From: Hyphochytrium catenoides
Lineage: Eukaryota; Protista; Hyphochytriomycota
NCBI GenBank assembly: GCA_900088475.1
Contig: FLMG01002176.1
Location: 1-33,872 of the forward strand
Length of the DNA: 33,872 nucleotides
Direction: 5' to 3'
The notes beneath the pieces are model-generated. The model ran no database searches. It saw only the letters and a program-made list of their open reading frames with translations, and was not told where the DNA came from. Of this stretch, positions 22,389 to 33,872 are shown piece after piece. The stretch's first letter is position 1. The number at the start of each line of letters is the position of its first letter. Made by a program: the position numbers and the translations under genes.

Positions 22389-24130
22389 CGTTGTCGAACT
22401 TGCTGACAGGCAGCAGATGCCCAACAACCTTTAGATCCGTCGCTGTCAGCAGGCAGGGGATGAGTAGCGCTCAACCTGCTTGCCAGGATGCTGATCTGAT
22501 TGTCCCATGACGATAGCCCTTGTCGCCGGGCTGTGCTGGCTATCTTTCCTGTCACTGGACGGCAGCGCTGACCTCTGAAGCCGCTCGGATATGTCTCGTC
22601 CTGGGTGACAGGAGCCCAAATGCGTTCCTTCTTAAGCCCTGCGACCCTTCCCTGCCTTCCTGTTGGCAGGCGCAGCCGCAGGGGCAGCCGGGGACGGTTA
22701 CTGTCCCACTGGACGCAGGGCAGACCCCTAAAAGATCCTGACGTAGGCGCGGGAGCGGGCGCGGGCTGAAGAATCAGGAGACAGTGGTGGAGCCTGACGG
22801 GCCAAGCCATACTTTATATTAGGCCTAAGATTAGTTAGGCTTAACAAGCAATAGTGAAGGAGAAACGGAACACCTGTTATAGGGGGCAGGACTTGTAGAC
22901 CAAATGATAAGCATCTTTCCTTGTGCAAGGTGTCCCACACGGAAAGGTTCTTTGAGTGCAATGTAACGGACGGGCAGAGTTCTGTCGACAGTCCGGCGTG
23001 TCAGCTCTGGTCAGAGGCGCTGCGCTGCGACTTTTGGATGGACGCACCACCGTCCGTCAAAGGCAGCAAGCGACCGGGCTTAGGTCCATGACGAGAGACA
23101 TGAAGACAGAGTAAGGATCCCACTCTATTTAAACGTGCAGGGGCAGTGTGGAGGAAGTCGATGGCTTTCCATCAACTTGCCAAGGCAGTGCGGGCGAGGC
23201 AACGTTAAGAAAGGGCCAACGCACCAGCAGATTCGAAGGAAGGAGAAGGAGGAAGTACTCTAGCTAAAGGCACAAGGTAAAAGCCGGTCATGGGACAGGC
23301 AAGCCGATCAATATCTTTGAGACAGACGCTCAGAGCTTTAGACGAGCGTCGAAAGGCCTCACGTTCAGTGCTGGTTGAGGATAGGATCTTCGAGACGCTA
23401 CCGCAGAGAAGCTGGCGACCTCTATCTGTGTCTGGAACCCATGGGTACCGCAGCAAAGCTACTACTTGTCAAGCTCTTAGGGCTGCCAATACTGGCTGCC
23501 TTGGGTCTGCGTAGTTTCTAGAACAGAGAAGTCTTAGTAGCCGCAAGGAGAAGCTTATTATTAGGGGGCCGTGCCGTCCGCTGAGCGAGCTCTGCCCCAA
23601 GGATAAGATAGAGAAGAGAGGGAGAGAGAGAGAGGCAGACATCAGCTTCGCTTCAGGTCGATTTAGCAGAGTAATGCAGAGCCATAACGCTTCTTAGAAA
23701 GATTTGTTTATAAAGAAAAAAGGCACTGCTATTGCTATGAGGCCCGTCCATTGATGTCAAGGTATAGACTTTGCCTCCTCTTCTGAGATTACCTTGCGGA
23801 GCGTGTGATGTGAGGCTTCTCCTCACCTCAGATACCCCATATGACCAAAGAGATTCGGAAAGACGAGGGTAGAGGATAGTGTAGGACGCCGCCCCGCCTT
23901 GCAAGGGCCCGAGTCCGTGGCTGTCACGATTCTCGTCTTGCGCAACCGCTCCTAGCCCGTTACTCTTTGTCATGAGGAAGGACAAGAGGAACAGCAGGCC
24001 CACAGACGCAAGAGGGACCGCTGGGCCACACAGACTCGTGCTGCTACTAGAGCGATGAGAGCTACAGCGCCAGCCAAACTATCCCAGAGTAGAAGTTGCT
24101 TTGTTTACCGCGTCTCAGGATAATAGACAC

Positions 24131-26964
24131 TTAGGTCCATTCCCCTTGAACTGGGTCCGCTATCCATGTTTCAGGCCTTATGAGGATGGGCTCCAGCTCC
24201 GCTACCCTTTCAAAATAACGCGAGAGGTAGTCGTATTCTTCCGCTAGGGCCTGTTTCTCATTCGATAAGAAGGATGGCATCATGAAGACGCTTCTGTTGG
24301 CCTTCTCTCTCCTTCTATCTGGCACCTTAAGAGATCCTGATGGTCCAATCTTGGTCACTGTCCCGTGCATCTTCTCTAGGCTCCAGGAGGCCCTTCTCTG
24401 CCGCTGTGGTAGCGGCGGGGCCCATTCTTTCTCGTTCCTTAGCCCTTTCTGTGCCTGGCCGTCCTCGACAGGCTCCTGTCCTTTCCTTCTGAATCCGAAG
24501 CGGAATCCACTTTGCAAGTCTTCACTTCTGGACTTCGGCTCTCGGTCACTCTGTTCATCTTCCTCGTCTATTGATTCTCCTTCTTCAAGGTCTTCCTTAG
24601 CAACATCGCGAGAGGTTCTACTAGTCCTTGGTCTCGTTCTTAACGTCTTCTCTCGGGCACTTAGGTCACGGTTCTCGGTCATTCTGTTGTCGTTAGCAGC
24701 CCTCGCCCCTGTCCTCTGCGGTTCTGACTCTCTTACATCTGCTGCTATACGGTCCGGCGCTTTGTGATTGTCTGTCTGTTCAGTTTCCTCAACCACCATC
24801 TCCTGCAACAGGCAACTTTCATCCTGAGTCTCATCGCTTACGGCCTGGGTCTGAGGTGCCTGAGACTGCATTGTCAGGCCATACGTAGGCGATGGTGGTG
24901 CCTGGCTCTCCTCTTTCCCTGTCCAGTAGGACTGCGAGTCATCTTCTCTCTGGTGATCTGTATTTTCCTCTCTTCTCCGCTTCCTAGTACCTTGAGAAAG
25001 GCTGGGCTCCTCTTGTTGGCTATCAGTTTCATTCTCGCTACTTTGCTCATACTTTAGGTCTAGGGGCGGGTGACCCTCCGCCTCGTCTTCTCCCTCATAT
25101 CTCTCTTCGCCTTCCTTTGCCTCTTCTTCTCGTTCGTCAGACTGGTGACTGCTTGTCTGACTGGTGTCCTGACTGTCCGGGGGAAGCTGGGATTTGAATG
25201 GGGAGAGGTGGTTGACTATCCAGCCCAGACCGCCAACTATTTTCCCGATAGCCGAAGTCTGCTGCTCTTCGCTCTCTGTACGAACTCTCTTCTCTCCTGC
25301 TAACAATGAGGAAGTCAGCACAATGATAGAGGTTCTTTCTATACTTCACCATCAATGACTCTCTCCTCTCACAGTCCTTACTTCCCGCTAGTCATTCCTT
25401 GCTTAACCCCGTCAAAGATACGTCTCTACGGCCCATTTTTTTTTTACTCTCCTTCTCTCTCTTTCTCACTGGACTTACGTGATCGGGCGTCGGTATCCTG
25501 AACTCCCTCAGACCTTGCGCCCGGAGATTGCGGCCCTGCCCCTCTTCCTGTCTCATCCATGGCCTTCACCCCCTTCTCAGGGCTTTCAGCATTCTGATCT
25601 GACGGCTCCTTTGCCCATCTCACTTTACCGGCAGAGGGCAGATTCACAACTTGGTCTGTTCCTTCCTTAGCTCTCTCTTCGTCGTTCCCGTCATTCGCCT
25701 CGCTCTCGTCCTCGTCTTCTTCAACCAAGCGCGCCTCAAATTGCGTGAAGGTCTGGGTAGCCTCAAACTCATACTCTTCTTGGCTATTATCCATCGCTGT
25801 ATCCCCCACCTCAACCTCTCTCTCCCGTTCTGGCTCCTCTCTCCGATCTCCTTCTACGGACAATGGCTCCGAAGCAGTGGCGGATGGAGCTGAATGTCGC
25901 TGCGGCCTTGGTTCCGGCCTTCCTTCCTTTCCTGCATCCTCCAGTGTGAGTGGGTTCTGTTTGTTGAATTGGAAAGCATGCTCCACTGTTTCCTCTCCGC
26001 CTTCGCATGTCACTTTCTGCCTGCTGAAGAGGTTTGCCTCTATCACTGCCAGAGGAAGTCTAGCTAGGACTTGTCTGACGTCGGGATCTCTATCTATCTC
26101 TACTGGGTTGCCAGATACGATCCAGTTCTGCATCAGATAAAAGTGCTTTAACTCGGACACCTGCAGAGGCCATGCGACGGACATGAGAGTGTGAGGACAG
26201 AATGAGATCAGAAAGAGCCATAGACTGCCCAAGACACAGTATATGCCATGGCAAAAGACGTGGAGAGCGTAGCTACAGGTGCATGTGAGAGGAAAGCCGC
26301 TGTGCCTGTAGACCGACGTCTATCTTAAGAGAGGACTATCGATCACTTCCTAAGGTGCTCCGCTTAACTCTTTTCGCTCCTATGCCTCCCACATAATTGC
26401 AACTTAGCTCTCTCCAGTGCTTCGTCTCAACCCAGGAGACGGCCCAATGTCTTATAGAGAGCATAGCAAACTTACGGAGAGACAGAGGCGACTCGACGTA
26501 TCCAGGTCCCCACAGCGGGCGGGTGTAGAGATATGGAACTTTCTGAGGAACACAACGCCATCTTTCAGGGCTGCCAATTTCTCTCCAGGCTGGAGGCAGG
26601 AAGCTCTACACGTAGGTTTAAGGTAGGCGAAGATGAAGTGGAACGTGTCTGTTAGGAGAATGCGAGATCTCTTCTCGTCAACCTCCACCACCTTGGCTGA
26701 GACCCCAGCAGAGCGAGACTGAGGGCACAGGTCCTGCCATTTGCGCTATGGAACAAGCGTTAGCAAGGGAGTAGAGAAGGATTAAGCACCGCGATCAAGG
26801 AGGACGAAACGCTACATGAAATAGAGTCGAACGGCAGAGTTCAGAGAATGGAAGAGTGGGGGCATTTTGTAAGCAAGACCACCTACCTCTTCCTCAGGTG
26901 TGAAGCTCCCTATGCACATCATCACCTTGGGCTTCAGCCATGCTTGCCTCAGGGTGGAACTCAT
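24131..26964 (-). CDS. TPP1/Est3/TEBP-beta-like OB-fold protein with long acidic S/TQ-rich tail (~732 aa, 4 exons)
   Basis: Exons 26964-26887, 26745-26476, 26160-25479 and 25299-24131 join in frame. The N-terminal ~150 aa carry LRQAWLK, AKVVEV, ILLTDTFHFIFAYL, LKDGVVFLRKFHI, LCLSVSEL and GNPVEIDRDPDVRQVL, matching by eye the motif order of the TPP1/TEBP-beta OB fold. Confidence 0.7.
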
Positions 26965-27404
26965 TGGACAGGTAAGAGAAAGGAACCAGCAGGCCCTGCA
27001 CACGTCCGATATCTTATCGACCTTCTGACGGTCCTTGCTATCCTAGCTTGCTGTCTCGTGACACTATAGCCTACTGGGCAAGGTATGGCGCCCTACCTTT
27101 CACATCCCCCCAAGGCCTGTTCCCTCTGTGCTTCTAGCACCGAGCACCGAACCCTTGTCTTCTGCTTCCTCGCCCTTTCCATGGCCCAACCGTCATCAGA
27201 GGTGGAGGCCGGCGGCGATGGCGGGAGCGAGGGAAAGCTGGACTGTGAAGAACAAACCTTCTATTCAGAATAAGGCACAATTTAACTTACATCAGGCCTA
27301 TACAATCCCCCTACACGCTCAAAAGAGAGTATAGACTGAGTATTATGCTCACTAGAACTACACCGCCCACCCAACCGTGTGGATTAGGAACATACTCAAC
27401 TCGG

Positions 27405-27415
27405 TTCCCGCCAAA
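27405..27415. promoter_or_regulatory. Canonical E2F binding site in the bidirectional spacer
   Basis: TTCCCGCCAAA (reverse complement TTTGGCGGGAA) lies between the divergent ATGs at 26964 and 27660. A second E2F-like site, TGGCGGGA, is at 27219-27226. Confidence 0.55.
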
Positions 27416-27659
27416 TTATGAACTGAAAGGAGAGACGCGGCCGTGGCAGCAGCAGGCGGCGGCGGCGGATGTTGAGGCTTCCAAGAGCTGCAGAAGAGCT
27501 ACTGAGCATCTCTCCCGACAGCTGCAGACTGATTCTAGAGCTAGAGATTTTGATTGGAGTCCGAGTGACCGGGGACGAGTGCTCTTTCTCCGTCGATTGC
27601 TCTGACGGGAGGCCTTGGAGAGGTGGAAGTCTTAGGGCAGCGTGCTCGCCAGCGTAAAG

Positions 27660-29586
27660 ATGACTTCGATTGTCTCTGCCGAGGATATCGTTGAGGCGTT
27701 CCAGGAAGTCACAAGTAAAGCAGTCGATGAAGGCGTTGCGACGCTAGGTAATGGTGATCGTTTGCTGGGTTAACCTTCGTCTTCCTTTTCTCGACCTTCT
27801 GTCCCTTTCTCCTGATGCGTACCCTACAAGGGCTCGTCTCCTCTTTCGCTTCCAAGCGGTACCAGCCGTTGACTTAACGAGCATTGTCTGTCCTCCAGGT
27901 GCAGAGATATGTATTGAGCTTGGCATCTCAGCTGGAAAGCTGGCATTAGAGTGGGACGCCTACGCAATGAACTCTGGCAACCCTGCGGGCCTTGCCCGGG
28001 AGCCTGATCTCAAGTCCTTAAACGTACTGAAAAAGCGGATACAGCAGAGCCAGTCTGGAAGTAAACCCACTCGCTCTATAAGGAACCCTGTCATACAAAG
28101 GCCGACACCTCGAAAGACTCCTGGTGCTATAACGGTTAGCACATACGCCCCTTACCTGTCTCCTCCTCTAGATGCTTTCGCCACCTCCCTCACTTTCCCT
28201 TAGCCTTAGATCTGCCTGCAACCTCCTCCTTTGCCTACATGTGCTAACGTTTGCATCTGGCCCTTTCCTATTCCGGCCGTATTCTTGACCTGATCGCTTG
28301 GTATCACGATAGCAGGCTTCCCCAGGACTCTCCGGAGTGAAGAGGGAGTCCATCTTCTACAGCCCTAGCATGGAGACGCCCACGAAGTATCAGAAGAGAG
28401 AGCCCATGTTCTCACCAAGGTTCTCCCCTTGCTCTCCCTCCCAGCTTATCTATTCTCCTTTTCACAGCGTATCTCCACCACCGTAAGCACTTCTACTCGG
28501 GCTCTCCGAATGTCTTTTTTACCTCTCAACAGCTAAGTCTCGTGAGTACCCTGGTCACGGCCGAGTCTCATGCTCTGCCTGCTTTCTCTCTCTGTCTTCC
28601 CTCTTGCAGCACTCTTCCATCTCCTCCAGCTCCAGGGATGTACAGCCAGCGTAAGAATGCCGGTCAAGTGGTTGAGTCAATGAACCTGGAGAAGAAAAGA
28701 ATGCGCAACCCTTCCTCCTCCCGACTCAAGGTCCAGGTTACCGCGTCCCCGTTCAACGTACCTGCAGACTATCGATATATGTATACGCCCATTCTAGAGA
28801 AAGGAAGAGTGCTCGAGAGAATATTGCAGGAGGGGACGGAGGTACTGCTGGACCGCTACAAAGTAGGTGAAGAGTCATCAGAGGGCGGAGAAATCCTTCC
28901 TCCGCTCTCCCGCCTAGGAGAGGTCTCTCAGGAGCCCATCATGGTGGCAGGAAGAATATGTTGCGACGCTGCTGAAGGCAAGTTAAACCGTAATTCTGTG
29001 GTGCTCGAGGGCAGCCGAAGAGAGAGCGGGAGCCTTCGAGTCCCTCTCGATCTCTCCGCTGTCGAGACTTTCTCCTTGTTCCCGGGTCAGATAGTCCTTG
29101 TTCAAGGAGTCAACAGTGATGGAAGGAAGATCTCAGTGCAGAAGATATTAACGGCAAGATTGGTGTTGCTCTTTCAAGGATTGCTCATTGTTTGCTTGCC
29201 TTGTGACGCTTGTTGTTGCCATTGTCTTGAACCTATCTCTTGACCCGCTTGGCCATCGTTCTCCACTGCTCTACTTTCCTATCCTTCACCTTTTCTCTAA
29301 GTTCGGGGAGTGAGTCTATAGTCTAGCTAACTCCTACGTGGTTGCTCTCTGGTCCAGGATTATGCAGCACCACCATTGAACACACCACCTACCGACGTAC
29401 AGTCCTTCTACCACTTGCCAGAGAAGGGAGGACAAGGGGGCGGAGACGGGTTTCTCTCCATCTTCGCGGCCTCTGGCCCCTTCTGCACTTCAGATAACCT
29501 TGACTACCAGCCTATGAACGACCTTCTAAGAGCAGTGACGGGCGAGAATCCAGACCTCCTCGTCTTGGTAGCTCACACTCTCCTTT

Positions 29587-29623
<37 letters not shown>

Positions 29624-31566
29624 GTGACTCTTACGTAACTGTGCTCACTTCACTGCTTTCGTTCCTTACCTCTCTCCATCTATTAGCATGGACGTAGTGC
29701 TTATTTTATGATCCCCGCCAGCCCGTGGCCATTTTCCAGCTTCCCAACTTCTTCGTCTCTGTTTATCAGCTGTAATTTTCACAATGTCCTCCCCTGAGCG
29801 GCTGCTGCTCCTTCTCTTTCTCTCAACCTCCCTCTCTGTCCCTGTCTGTCTGTCTCTCTTTACTTTGCAGGCGGGGCCTTTTGTAGATATAAAGCACCCA
29901 AAAGTCGCCGAGGGAGAGGTAGTCCACACGTCCTCATCAGGAGAGAAGGAGTGCTTATCCTATCAGCAACTTTTCCATGACTTAGGTATTGCCAAAACCT
30001 TTTTGTTATATGGTGCCTTGTGATATAGGCCCCTCATTCCTCTGCGAGAGCACCCTCATATCTCTGGCTTCGCTCTCTTTGGGGCACGTTGATAGCGCTC
30101 TATGTATTCTCTCTCACATCCTGGGTCTAAGACACCTCTTTCGCCAGTAACGCACATCGTGTCGAAGCTGGAGGAGAGCTCCTCTTGCACAACCCGCGTT
30201 GTGCTGGTTCCATCTGCCCGGGATGCCCAACACGACTTTGTATATCCGCAGCCTCCCTTCGCTATTGACCCTGCCCTCCTGAAGAGCGAAGTAAGTCTAG
30301 TGTTAGAACACTCAGGGGTAGAGAGAGAGCCAGACGCAGGTTGGAGAGATGCGGAGGCCTGAGCGGGGACTGAGGACAAGCAAAGGGAAAAGTGAAGGAA
30401 AGGCACTGTCCGTGATAACCACTTTTGAGACTTTATATCACCCTAACAACGCTCGTGCGGCATAATCTCCGTTCTCCCCCACCATTAGCGCATCATTCCC
30501 GTTTCCAACCCAGCCACCGTGAAAATCAATGAAGTCTCTTTCGCGGTTTCCACGCAAGATATTCTTTTTCACCTCGGAGCACAAGAAGTTGAAAGGTGAA
30601 GGATTGTACATCGCTTCTGTCCATGCCGTGGCATGCTCTCATTACTGTCAACCTATGGCGGTGGAGTTAAAGACACTAAAGGCTCCGTGTAGGGGCAAAC
30701 ACGCAGCAAAAGGTCGACTGATGAGGCTCGCAGAGCACCTGCTCCAACAGCGAAGGTACGGTTCTTTGCTAGCCCTATGAGGCATTCTGCCGTCTCCACC
30801 CTCTCTTCCCCTGTCGCTTACTGGTTCCATAGCTTTAGCTTGGCTCTGCGAGCAGTGCTTGCTTGTTTTGTCGCCCTTCCATCATGTCATGCTAACCTAT
30901 CTTCTCTCTGCCCTGTCTATCTGCTGCTATGTTGAACATCCTGCTTTCGGAGCAGCTTCTATCCTCTCTTTCCTCCGTCGCTCGATGACTGCAATCTTGA
31001 CCTGCGATACTATGATAATCTGCGCTTCCGGAAGACCCCGGACATTCTTATGTTGACATCCCGGCTAAATCACTTCGTTGGGGTAAGAGACCAGTCGAAA
31101 GAAGCTAGTTTCGTTGCCCATATTTCATGCGCTTTGTCCCTGGTTCATTTCACTGATGAGTACGAGGATTAATCGATCACTTTTGTTGCCACGCGTTCTC
31201 TTTCTGCTCACCTAACACCACCTTCAATGCTAGTTCTTTACCTCGTATCTGACCTATGTTCCCTCTTCCGCCGTTGTTAGCCTATAGGGCAGACCCTATG
31301 TTTGAATCCAGGTCAGCTGGCCAAAGGAGCCAATGGAGGAACCTTTGCTCGGCTAACAATCTGTCCGCCGCAGTTGGAGGCAGATGCCGCAGGTAAGAGA
31401 GGTTATTAGGAAGTGGGACGAGAAAGCAGCCGATATCCTATTTCTCTGAGGAAATGCTGAGCAAGACGTTGCCCTTCATTCTTTTTCTCTTCCTTCCGTT
31501 TTCCGACCAGACACCGTGCACCATAACCTGGCGGATCGGACGTGCGTCGAGATCTTACGCATCTAG
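27660..31566 (+). CDS. POLA2: DNA polymerase alpha/primase regulatory subunit B, ~12 exons
   Basis: Motifs YRYMY, VAGRICCDA..KLN..SVVLEGSR, FSLFPGQIV..G.N, AASGPF, GPFVD, VLVPS.RDA.HDFVYPQPP, SNP, RLAEHLLQQRSFYPLFP, PDILMLTSRL and CLNPGQLAKG..GGTF. Stop TAG at 31564-31566. Confidence 0.95.
29592..29620. repeat. (CT)n microsatellite in a POLA2 intron
   Basis: Directly visible CT run. Confidence 0.9.
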
Positions 31567-31744
31567 CGTTATCAGCCAGAAGGAGCCTTAGTGTGAAAGG
31601 ACAGCGGAGTATGGGAAGGGATGGGGACACAAAGTGAAAAGGATACGGAAAGCGAAAGGTATTGTCTGCTTCGTAGAAGACAATCAGAGCCATATCTGTG
31701 ATCTTCAGACATAAGTCGCCGTGAGTGCGGTCCCTCCGGGTATC

Positions 31745-31759
31745 TATATATATATATAT
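31745..31759. repeat. (TA)n microsatellite between the convergent POLA2 and AK6 3' ends
   Basis: Directly visible TA run. Confidence 0.85.
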
Positions 31760-32062
31760 TGTCAACCTCTTGCTTGCTAGCAAGTTATACTGACCCTTCA
31801 AAGCCCTTTACGTGAAACGCTAACGCGGCCTTTGACTGTTGACTGATGAAGTCGCCTATCATCCTGCAACCAAGCACCAATAGCTCTCTCTCTCTGTGTC
31901 GGTCTGTCTGTACGTATGTCGGAACACTGTTTGATGAGTCAGGAACGACTTGAAGCGGGGCGTTCACTGTTAATATACACTGTATGAAATAAGGAAGGGG
32001 GCTGTAGGAGTCTGGGAACAGAGAGGATTAGAAGGAGAACAGACGGAATAGAGAGGCGGAAG

Positions 32063-33276
32063 CTAGGCATTGTTCTGCATCCAGTGCTGGTACCATAGCA
32101 CTACTCTTTCCAAGTTACTCTCTGCGTCCTCCGGGGTGTCGTTCTTTAGCGGGATAACAATTTCTGGTGCGTAGCTCTCTTTGGCTTCTTCCAGCACCAC
32201 CTGCATGATCTCGCACTCTACATTCTCCTGCAGCTTCTTCGGTGCATAACCTCTGAGAGTAGGACGCAGGCGATGAGCGCGCCATCGAAGAGAGTAAAGC
32301 CATCGAAGAGAGTAGAGCCAAGAAGAGGCAGGGTCAGAAAGCTCGAAGCTTGGCAATTGGAAACGAGGCGGAACAGGGGACGCAAGAGCGAGAAACTGAA
32401 GAGTAAGCAAGCCAGTGAGCAAGGGCGACGAGTAAGCGAAGAGAAGAACAAAAAGAAAGGGAAGAGAGAGGAAGAGAGAGAGACAGAGCGCAAGAGTTAT
32501 CATTGCAGAGGAAGACGCGACCCATTCAGCGTTTCTCTTTACCTCTTTTCTAGTCTATCATAGAGGACTGTGTTATTGGTCTGCAGCACGAGGACAAGGT
32601 CGAACCACCGCTCAGGGAAGAAATCGCAAGAGTGAAGATCCACAATCGCGCCGCCCTCTGACATGATATCCTCTAGATAATCTACCACCTGAGTGACAGG
32701 AGAGAAGACAGATTCATAGCGTTATCCAGAGTCAGGAAGAGGAAAGTACGTAGGGAAGAGCAGGGAAGATGCAACAAAGTGAGAGGAGGAAGATGGAAAG
32801 CGGAAGAGAGCGAGTAAGTGGTCCTTCGCAGAGAAAAGGAGAGTTTGAAGAGAGGAGGAGAGGAAAGAAGAAGAGAGAACCTCCCCGCAGAGAGGGGACT
32901 AGGCGATGGAAGAGATGTCTTTTGTATGGGAGGAGGAGAGAGAGAGAGAGTTCTAAGAGTTAGAAGAGGAAGACTGTGCCCAGAAGTGATGAACAGCGAG
33001 GACGATGGGAAGTGTACCTTATCTTCGTTAAGAAGATAGCTGTCAAACTGCTCGTCCCGTCCATCGTGGAGCTCGTGCTCCTTTACCTTCAAGGGGACGA
33101 AGAGTGAGCTTGATATTCAGGTTGCACCATCAGCTCAGAGAGATAGAGGAGACCAGATCCAAAGGAGCAAGGAGGGCTATCAACGGGCAAAAGAGGGAGA
33201 GTGTCACGCTTCATAGGAGTATACCAGTGTGCCCACGTTTAGATGCTTCAGCCCCAGTCGCTCCTATAAAAAGAAG

Positions 33277-33309
<33 letters not shown>

Positions 33310-33634
33310 GATAATAACAGAGAGAAAGACAGACACAGAGTGAGCGTGAGAGAGAGAGAGAGAGAGAGATGAGAGAGAGAAGAGAGCACTCGGTGAGAAT
33401 GGACAGATCAGGCCACTCCTTGGCACAGCAAGTGACAGGCAGAGCCGATGCCACGGATTGGAGTGGAGGGAAGTAGATAAAGAGTACGAGCAGCCAGTAG
33501 ACAAAGCAAGGACACCATGAGCAACAGAAAAGACTAGCGTTATCTGAATTGCTTACCGCCACCATGCTGGAGAAGGTAGTCTTGCCTGTGCCAGGCGTCC
33601 CTGTGATCAGCACATTCGGCTTGGATCTCTTCAT
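32063..33634 (-). CDS. AK6: Adenylate kinase isoenzyme 6 / Fap7 (ribosome biogenesis ATPase), 5 exons
   Basis: [62 protein letters not shown]; exons join through GT-AG introns. Confidence 0.96.
32281..32327. repeat. 18-bp tandem repeat (2 near-identical copies plus a partial copy) in an AK6 intron
   Basis: GCCATCGAAGAGAGTAAA / GCCATCGAAGAGAGTAGA / GCCAAGAAGAG. Confidence 0.85.
33274..33387. repeat. (GA)n/(GACA)n compound microsatellite in AK6 intron 1
   Basis: Directly visible GA and GACA runs. Confidence 0.9.
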
Positions 33635-33872
33635 TCTTCCTCAACTGTGAGCTAGCTTGCTTGGTAAGGACGGCCTTTTAGAGCTGATGGGTGGTTCGCT
33701 TCTCCAGAGGCTGATGTCTATGAAGGATCTCCAGATGAGCGTGATACCCGTGACGATGAGAGAGGTGCCCGAGCAAACAATGACGGCAAAGGTAGGTGCA
33801 GATGTGATGAAGGATCATTGGGAAAAATAAAATTAGAGGTTACAAAGAGAGAGAAAGAGAGAGAGAAAGAGA

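Noticed and set aside
23205-23517. In-frame TGA upstream of the 83-aa minus ORF, considered as possible selenocysteine
   Set aside because: There is no selenoprotein-like context (UxxC/CxxU) and no SECIS element that I can identify.
31090-31180. CTGATGAG with an upstream CGAAA in a POLA2 intron, resembling a hammerhead ribozyme core
   Set aside because: Stems I-III cannot be formed convincingly. CTGAT is also a common branch-point-like word.
32597-32615. GGTTCGA T-loop-like motif on the - strand, considered as a possible tRNA
   Set aside because: It lies within an AK6 exon (ERWFDL) and no cloverleaf can be formed.
1551-33634. Alternative genetic code to explain the fragmented ORFs
   Set aside because: Spliceosomal introns fully explain the fragmentation, and TAA, TAG and TGA all terminate recognisable genes.

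Overview
Gene-dense, intron-rich eukaryotic DNA (~50% GC, standard code, short GT-AG introns with CTRAY-type branch points, probable GC-AG introns, CT/GA microsatellites in introns). It is probably from a protist; a stramenopile/ochrophyte origin is an inference. Eight genes were reconstructed by hand by joining exons in frame: (1) a permuted papain-like (YiiX/NlpC-P60-type) protein with an inserted EF-hand and apparently lost catalytic residues; (2) an EF-hand NADPH oxidase (NOX5/RBOH-like) with no intron in its CDS; (3) a sepiapterin/benzil-reductase-like SDR with a putative bipartite plastid-targeting leader; (4) a Cys-rich single-pass membrane protein; (5) a 17-exon full-length ABCA transporter; (6) a TPP1/Est3/TEBP-beta-like OB-fold protein with an S/TQ-rich acidic tail; (7) DNA polymerase alpha subunit B (POLA2); and (8) AK6/Fap7. 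The most notable arrangement is the head-to-head pair of the TPP1-like gene and POLA2, which share a ~700-bp spacer containing a canonical E2F site. Regions 1-1500, 3510-6900 and 23050-24130 are not explained by any gene I can recognise. All exon boundaries are manual predictions.
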